32,355 nt of DNA. Origin: Guillardia theta CCMP2712 (Eukaryota; Protista; Cryptophyta). A program made the translations under genes and the position numbers. The notes under the pieces were generated by a model. That model made no database searches. It was given only the letters and a program-made list of their open reading frames with translations, and was not told where the DNA came from. How positions within the stretch are numbered: position 1 is the stretch's first letter; each line of letters starts with the position of its first letter. The DNA lies in NCBI RefSeq assembly GCF_000315625.1, contig NW_005434646.1:704380-736734 (forward strand). The letters are read 5' to 3'. Positions 24,917-32,355 of this stretch are shown one piece after another.

Positions 24917-26060
24917 TTCCTCTCCTCACGGTTTCAACCCACCCGTCCTGGTGATCTCATAACCATCACCCCACCCCCCTAGCCTACCCTACCATCACCC
25001 CACCCCCTACTCCCCTCTTCTCTTCGGAATGGACTCTATACAAGGACCTCGAATGAGAAACTCCTCAGACCCACCCCACCCCTCTTTGACCATTGACCTA
25101 CCCTACCCCCAAGACCATACTCACATTATCACCCCTCCCATGATACATCTATTGTTGGCCTTCTGAGAATTCCGAATGTACGGGAGAGAATCATGAAAGA
25201 GTTTGAAGAAATAAATTCAAATATCTTCGATATATTTCAAATATTTAAGATACTTGGGTACTCATCCTCCACCCCCCATTTCCCCACTACCTGAGCTTCT
25301 CCACCCCCTACCCTCCCTTTATGTGTCTCACTGGTAGTTCTTTGAGTTCATTCTCGATGCCCCCCACCCCCTCACACAACCACCCACCACCTCGCCCTGT
25401 TTCGAACCCCTACCCTCGCTCTACTTCGGACCCCTACCCTTCAGAGTCCGTCAACCACCCACCCCTACTCCTCTCTTGTTGGCTGCACGCTTGATCTGCA
25501 CTCACGGCACGTGCGAGGCTCAAGTGTATGAGGGCGATGCTCACCAGTACCGTAACCGTCCGATCCGACCCGGGCCGGGCCGGACTCCGGGACTCTAACT
25601 AAGAGCGGCGCCCGGCCTAAGATCTTTACTCAAAGCATCGGACGGTCAAGGTACCGCCGGGACACCCGGCCCCGCCGGTGACGGTTCAGTTCTGCGGGGT
25701 GTCCAACTCCGGTGGCAGTGAATGCCAGTACCGGGTGACAGTGGCTCGGAGCGGCCGCGCCAGACGGTGATCGGACCGTCAGTCCGAGGCGGAGCCGGGC
25801 AGGATTTCAGCGGCCCCACTGAGTTTAATGTCAGTCACGCCGCACTGCCATGTGGCCCAGTGGGCCGCCGCCGGCCCGGCCGGGCAACCGAGTGGCACTG
25901 AGGCAGCCGCGGAGGCCGCTGTGCACGGTGCCGGCCGAGATGGCCTTCAAGGATTTGCCGCTCTTGTCCGACTCGTTTCTGCCTCCCGCTGATCCCTGTC
26001 GCACTCTATTCGGAGGCCCTAAGCTTCTTGTGTAGATGAGATGTAGAACTGAGGAGGCGA

Positions 26061-27339
26061 TCAGGAGGGAAGGACCTCAACGATCTGCGCGTGTTCAAGT
26101 GAGCCAGATGACCTCACGAGGGGCTAGCATGGACCTCAGGAGCAGACATGCCATCTTCCTGGTAAGAGTACTCGAATTGCCAACCATGCGCAGCTCCTGC
26201 GTGAGAGCTGGACGAAGTCAAGACGAGGAGCCTCTGCAAGCTTCTAGACGGACCCATGCGCTGACACGCAGATCAAGGCGCCCTGGAAGGAAGGATAGAC
26301 GCGAGCGATGGAGCTCAAAGCTTCCTGACCTGCTCATGTGTGACCTCGCAGTCCCTGTGGTCACCTCCAGCCCTCACAGGCTTCAGCAGGCGTCAACCCC
26401 AGCCTCATGTTCATCACCGCGCGGTGGGCAGGCAAGAACCTCATCATCACGTCCCCGTCCCTGCGGCAGCTGCTCGTGAGCAGACACTCGCATGCAACAA
26501 GGCAGAGCACGAAGAAGAGACCCGGTGGCTGCTGCGGCTCCCACGTCCTTGTCCACGTATCCCCCAGCTCCTATGACAGCGGCATCTCCCACCCTCCCTG
26601 CGATCTTGTGCGAAGCTCCGTTGGTACCTGGGCAAGTGAGGAAGGAGAAGAAGGGAGATCATCGCTCACTCGTTCCGACCGCGAGGTTTCCCTCAGCGTC
26701 GAGGGCGATCATTCCAATGGTGTCGTGGTTCCTGCGCGAGACATGTCGACTCACTTGCTCGGACCGCGTCTGGTTGGGCCGGACTGGAGAGTGGTAAGGA
26801 GGGCACTCCTTGTCCTCCCCTGGAAAGCCCCGGAAGAAGTTTGGCTGGCAGTGGCTTGCAAGCCAGGCTGCGTGCAGGAGGTTTGACCGGTCAGTTTCAA
26901 GCGGCTCCTCTTTGAAACCAGCCATGACGGCATACGACGTTGCCTTCTCTCCCACCAGCAGAGAGTGAGACGTGTGTTCCATGACGCTTCTGGCCACCGA
27001 GATCGCGTTCCGGATATTTCTAAGGCACCCGACGGCACCCATGTCATGTGAAGCGCCGTCCATGATCATGGCGTCAAGGGTGACCTCTCCTGTCGAGTCT
27101 GGACTCCCTCCGAACCCCACAGTCCCGTCGCACTGCATCTCTTCACACTTCCTACATCCTGCCTCCACCGCATCGACGCTCGTCCCTCCCGCCTGGAGCG
27201 ACTTGAAAGCAGACGCGGTTGCGTTCTTCCATGGCCAGGTGTTGATCGCCAGGAGCTTCTTCTTGCCAACAAGCTGAGCGCATAAAGTGATGGTGACGAG
27301 GCATAACACAGCGAGGCAGATGAAGTTGACAGCTCGCAT
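26061..27339 (-). CDS. AGA: N4-(beta-N-acetylglucosaminyl)-L-asparaginase (aspartylglucosaminidase, Ntn-hydrolase)
   Basis: Signal peptide; INTWPW, CDGTVGFGGSPD..GEVTLDAMIMDG, autocleavage site HD/TIGMIALD, GTS|TNG..HKIAGRVGD, AAAATG|DGDVMMRFLP, FQGALIC; ends IVEVLPS* (26061-26063). Confidence 0.95.
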
Positions 27340-27752
27340 GAGCAGCGACCTACACGTGTGAGGTTGAGATGGGCAAGGTCTAGGCAGATCACGTTGATCG
27401 CATTGAAACAATTCTAGGAAAGAAAAGGGTCAAAAGGAGATAGAAAGGAGGCCAGATGACTGTAGCTCACAATTTGCGAATGCGAACACGGGAGATCAAA
27501 TGAAGCAAACCCCTGATGAACCAAGTCAGAAGCTCTTCCTTCCTTCAATCTTCCTCTCTACCTCCTCTATCTCATCCCGCATTGTCATCTTTCTCCTCTT
27601 CATTTCGAAGATTCAAATTCTTTCTCTTTCATGCTGCAGCTCTACTCCCTTCTCCATTTCTCCATATCACGCCCTCCTCCCTCCTCTTTCCTTTCTCATA
27701 CCCCTCACAACATAATCGCTGCCCACCCTAAATAAATAATTTCATTCGAGCT

Positions 27753-28350
<598 letters not shown>

Positions 28351-28861
28351 CGAAAGCTCCTGGCTTCGGGGACTCTCACCCCTCAGCCTCTGTCGCCTAC
28401 ACATGCACTGCGGCATCTCGGAGGACATTGTTGTCCTGCGCGCAGTTAAGGGAAGGTATCAGTTAAGTTTGGGGGACAGCAGTCGGCAGGAATAGGTTTG
28501 GTTCTCGCTGTCTTTCAGTGAGAGTCTCTTCCGAGTCGCCGTTTGGGCGCGGCCCCCTGTGCGACAGTGTCAGGGTCAAGCCTCCTCGACACTGCCGTCT
28601 ATCACCTGCGGCTGACAGTGCGCAGCGGCCGCCGGGCCCGGGCCCGCCGCGTGGCCGCCTCGGAACTTCGGAAGGTCCCGAAATCCAGAAGAAATTTCCA
28701 ACATTCCGGGCCGGGCGATCACTGGCCCCGCGCTGAGCGGCAATTACCACGTCTGCAGCATGGTGCGCGTCTCCCGCTCCTCCCTGGCCTCCATCTCCCG
28801 GCCGCCCCGCGCCATGTGGCCCAGTGGGTGGAGCTAAGTTCTGGTCCGCTTTCCGTTAAAT

Positions 28862-30102
28862 GAAGTGCTCATGAGACGAGTCGACGAGAGCGCGCAAACC
28901 AGGGATGTGTACCTGGGGGAGGTCAACCTCGACGCCCTCCATGTTGCAGCGTCTGAGAAGATTCGCAAACATCGCGCTGCATATGCTATGACTACTCCTC
29001 CTCGAGCGTTCATCCCTCTTGCCATCTCGACGGACGGTACCCTGCATCCTGACACCCTCCGCTTCATCTGGTATCTGGCGGACATCATTGCTCAGCGCTC
29101 GATGCCTCTTGAGGATGCGGCGTTTGGTCGGCACTTCGTGCCTGATGACGGACCTGCTGCCTGGAGGTTTAGCTTGCCAAGTTCCTGCTTTGTTCTGCTT
29201 GAGGCACTTTTTACCTTCTGCCAGTAAATCCACTATTCCCTGCTGAGGTCTTGGCTCGCAAACGCGCCGCCACCTATCAGCGCCTCACTATGCAGCTGAC
29301 GCTGGAGGCGCTCCTGTCTGGTGCGAGCCTTGCGGGCGCAAGCACTCCTCGAGCCAGAGGACAGCTCCTCCTCGGACTTTGTCGAGTCGCCCGAGGGGAG
29401 TCTTCGCCGGAGGTCTCCGACTCCGATGGGGGAAACATCCAGAGTGGCGCCGACGATCGGCGCGGAGCTGGCGAGGCGTCTCCGTCCCTCATTGTGACGT
29501 CGGGTGCCTCCGGAGAGCTCGACACCACTGGGGTGCTTGCTGCTGGTCCCGGAGCTCGCCTGCTTCCTCCCCGGCATCGGTCGGGTCACGCCGGTCCTTG
29601 GGCATTGCCGCGGCGTCGCCGCCGTCACGGGCGGCTACCACTGACTCGGCTACCGCTGACTCGGAGGCTAGCGAGGAGGACTACCTCGAGCGGTACCGTG
29701 TTCATGTGTCCAGCCTCCCTCCGTCCGCTGCCCCAGGCGGACCCCCGGGCAACGCCGGCTCCTTGTCGGCGGCTGCCCTTTCTCCGTCCGCGGCCGCCCG
29801 CTTTGTGGCGGCTGAGCGGACGTCTCGACTGACAGTGGTCAGTCGGCTGCCTCCGGGTATCGCGTCTAAGGGATTTTATTCCTCCCGCATGCTCCTGCTG
29901 CTTGTTGCTTGATTGCCTGACCCTTAGGCTGCTTGTCTGCGCGGCTTCGCGCTTGGGCTGGCGATGCCGCGTCTGGGTGCCAGCAGTGCTGGTTGTTTTC
30001 GGGCTTGTGTTTTGTGTGTGTTTGTGCAGCTTCTCGCTGTGCGCTGTGTGCCAGGAGGTTTAGCTTGTTCCTGCTTTGTTTTGCTTGAGGCACTGCCAGT
30101 AA
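28862..30102 (+). mobile_element. 5'-truncated non-LTR retrotransposon (restriction-like endonuclease, CRE-like): end of ORF plus 3' UTR
   Basis: AASEKIRKHRAAYA...AFIPLAISTDGTLHPDTLRFIWYLA resembles the EK.RKY...F.P.A..T.G..H/GP C-terminal part of RLE domains in CRE-type LINEs. The ORF continues in 29251-29832 into the unit repeated downstream. No RT domain is visible in the window. Confidence 0.65.
29160..29238 (+). mobile_element. 79-nt 3'-end fragment of the same element with 7-bp TSD CCTGCTG
   Basis: CCTGCTG at 29153-29159 and 29239-29245; the insert matches the GGAGGTTTAGCTTG...CTGCCAGTAAATCC terminus. Confidence 0.8.
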
Positions 30103-32355
30103 CATAGGATTTACTGGCAGAAGGTAAAAAGTGCCTCAAGCAAAACAAAGCAGGAACAAGCTAAACCTCCTGGAGTACCGCTCGAGGTAGTCCTCCTCGC
30201 TAGCCTCCGAGTCAGCGGTAGCCGAGACCAACACCCGGCACCCGTCGGACGGCGGCGACGCCGCGGCAATGCCCAGTCCACATAGGATTTACTGGCAGAA
30301 GGTAAAAAGTGCCTCAAGCAAAACAAAGCAGGAACAAGCTGAACCGGCAGGCACACAGTCCACAGCGAGAAGCTGCACAAACACACACAAAACACAAGCC
30401 CGAAAGAACCAGCACTGCTGGCACCCAGACGCGGCATCGCCAGCCCAAGCGCGAAGCCGCGCAGACAAGCAGCCTAAGGGTCAAGCAATCAAGCAACAAG
30501 CAGCAGGAGCATGCAGGAGGAATAAAATCCCTTAGACGCGATACCCGGAGCGGCCCTCGAGAAGCAAACTCGCAGTACCTCGCCGCGCCGGCACCCCGAC
30601 CTGCTAGAGTTTGCGACTCCGCCCGAAGTACATTCAAGGGAACTTAGCTGACTGATCCTTAAATCCATATCCGGGCTTATGAAACTCCTCCGCCTGCGCA
30701 GCGAAATGTGACCCCTCTTGTCATGCGCGTCTTCCCTCGCCATGTGCATGCTCGCGCTGCGCTGACCGATCAGCAGCGTGATATCCTGGGCGCGGAGCTG
30801 GCGACTCGGAGGCGTCTCCGTCCCTCACTGTGACGTCGGGTGCCTCCGGAGAGCTCGACACCACTGGGGTGCTTGCTGCGGTCCGAGCTCGCCTGCTTCC
30901 TCCCCGGCATCGGTCGGGTCACGCCGGTCCTTGGGCATTGCCGCGGCGTCGCCGCCGTCACGGGCGGCTACCACTGACTCGGCTACCGCTGACTCGGAGG
31001 CTAGCGAGGAGGACTACCTCGAGCGGTACCGTGTTCCTGTGTCCAGCCTCCCTCCGGCCGCCCGCTTTGTGGCGGGAGCGGACGTCTCGACTGACAGTGG
31101 TCAGTCGGCTGCCNNNNNNNNNNNNNNNNNNNNNNNNNNNNNNNNNNNNNNNNNNNNNNNNNNNNNNNNNNNNNNNNNNNNNNNNNNNNNNNNNNNNNNN
31201 NNNNNNNNNNNNNNNNNNNNNNNNNNNNNNNNNNNNNNNNNNNNNNNNNNNNNNNNNNNNNNNNNNNNNNNNNNNNNNNNNNNNNNNNNNNNNNNNNNNN
31301 NNNNNNNNNNNNNNNNNNNNNNNNNNNNNNNNNNNNNNNNNNNNNNNNNNNNNNNNNNNNNCCTTCTGCCAGTAAATCCTATGCCTTCCTCCGTCGCTGC
31401 CCCAGGCGGACCCCGGGCAACGCGGGCTCTTGTCGGCGGCTGCCCTTTCTCCGTCCGCGGCCGCCCGCTTTGTGGCGGCAGCGGACGTCTCGACTGACAG
31501 TGGTCAGTCGGCTGCCTCCGGGTATCGCGTCTAAGGGATTTTATTCCTCCTGCATGCTCCTGCTGCTTGTTGCTTGATTGCCTGACCCGAGAGACATAGG
31601 ATTTACTGACCCTTAGGCTGCTTGTCTGCGCGGCTTCGCGCTTGGGCTGGCGATGCCGCGTCTGGGTGCCAGCAGTGCTGGTTGTTTTCGGGCTTGTGTT
31701 TTGTGTGTGTTTGTGCAGCTTCTCGCTGTGGACTGTGTGCCTGGAGGTTTAGCTTGTTCCTGCTTTGTTTTGCTTGAGGCACTTTTTACCTTCTGCCAGT
31801 AAATCCTATACCTGTCAATCCTCACCTTGCACAGCCGCAGGACACACTCGCTCAAGTCGCAGGATAGGGTCTTGCAGTCTACCATCTTCGCCCATTTTCC
31901 TGAGCGTGACCTGAGTCCCCGGCATCGGTCGGGTCACGCCGGTCCTTGGGCATTGCCGCGGCGTCGCCGCCGTCACGGGCGGCTACCACTGACTCGGCTA
32001 CCGCTGACTCGGAGGCTAGCGAGGAGGACTACCTCGAGCGGTATCGTCTTCATGTGTCCAGCCTCCCTCCGTCCGCTGCCCCAGGCGGACCCCCGGGCAA
32101 CGCCGGCTCCTTGTCGGCGGCTGCCCTTTCTCCGTCCGCGGCCGCCCGCTTTGTGGCGGCAGCGGACGTCTCGACTGACAGTGGTCAGTCGGCTGCCTCC
32201 GGGTATCGCGTCTAAGGGATTTTATTCCTCCTGCATGCTCCTGCTGCTTGTTGCTTGATTGCTTGACCCTTAGGCTGCTTGTCTGCGCGGCTTCGCGCTT
32301 GGGCTGGCGCATAGGATTTACTGGCAGAAGGTAAAAAGTGCCTCAAGCAAAACAA
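30103..32355. mobile_element. Cluster of further truncated copies of the same element in both orientations
   Basis: Approximate copies: 30103-30173 (-), 30175-30275 (-, internal piece), 30281-30550 (-), 30789-31383 (+, across gap 31114-31361), 31384-31809 (+), 31589-31605 (-, mini insert), 31916-32309 (+), 32310-32355 (-). Most share the terminus CCAGTAAATCCTATG. Confidence 0.85.

Noticed and set aside
28862-32355. CRISPR array, LTRs or hammerhead retrozymes
   Set aside because: Repeats vary in length and orientation with no regular spacers or cas genes; no TG...CA LTR pair; CTGATGA at 29142 has no suitably placed GAAA core.

Overview
Gene-dense, intron-rich eukaryotic nuclear DNA. Short GT-AG introns filled with GAG/AG/CCT microsatellites and the protein families present suggest a cryptophyte such as Guillardia theta (inference, not verified). 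In order it contains: a partial unknown gene (-); a prenylcysteine oxidase/farnesylcysteine lyase (+); a multi-TM J-domain protein ending in a CaaX motif (-); an unknown membrane/secreted protein (+); a pepsin-family (A1) aspartic protease (-); a 0.7 kb (TGAC)n array; a multi-GAF protein (-); a protein with two HLH-like + PAS-like modules (-); a C2/EF-hand-like protein with a pure (CAG)56 tract (+); class I fructose-bisphosphate aldolase (-); aspartylglucosaminidase (-); an (AG)n tract with a gap; and a ~3.5 kb nest of 5'-truncated copies of one restriction-like-endonuclease non-LTR retrotransposon inserted into itself. The strongest novelty is the aspartic protease, which appears circularly permuted: the normally N-terminal segment carrying the first catalytic DTG motif is encoded after the C-lobe, just before a TM anchor. 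The second is the retroelement nest, where two 7-bp target-site duplications are visible and removing one insertion restores the endonuclease frame. All exon boundaries were spliced by eye and are approximate.
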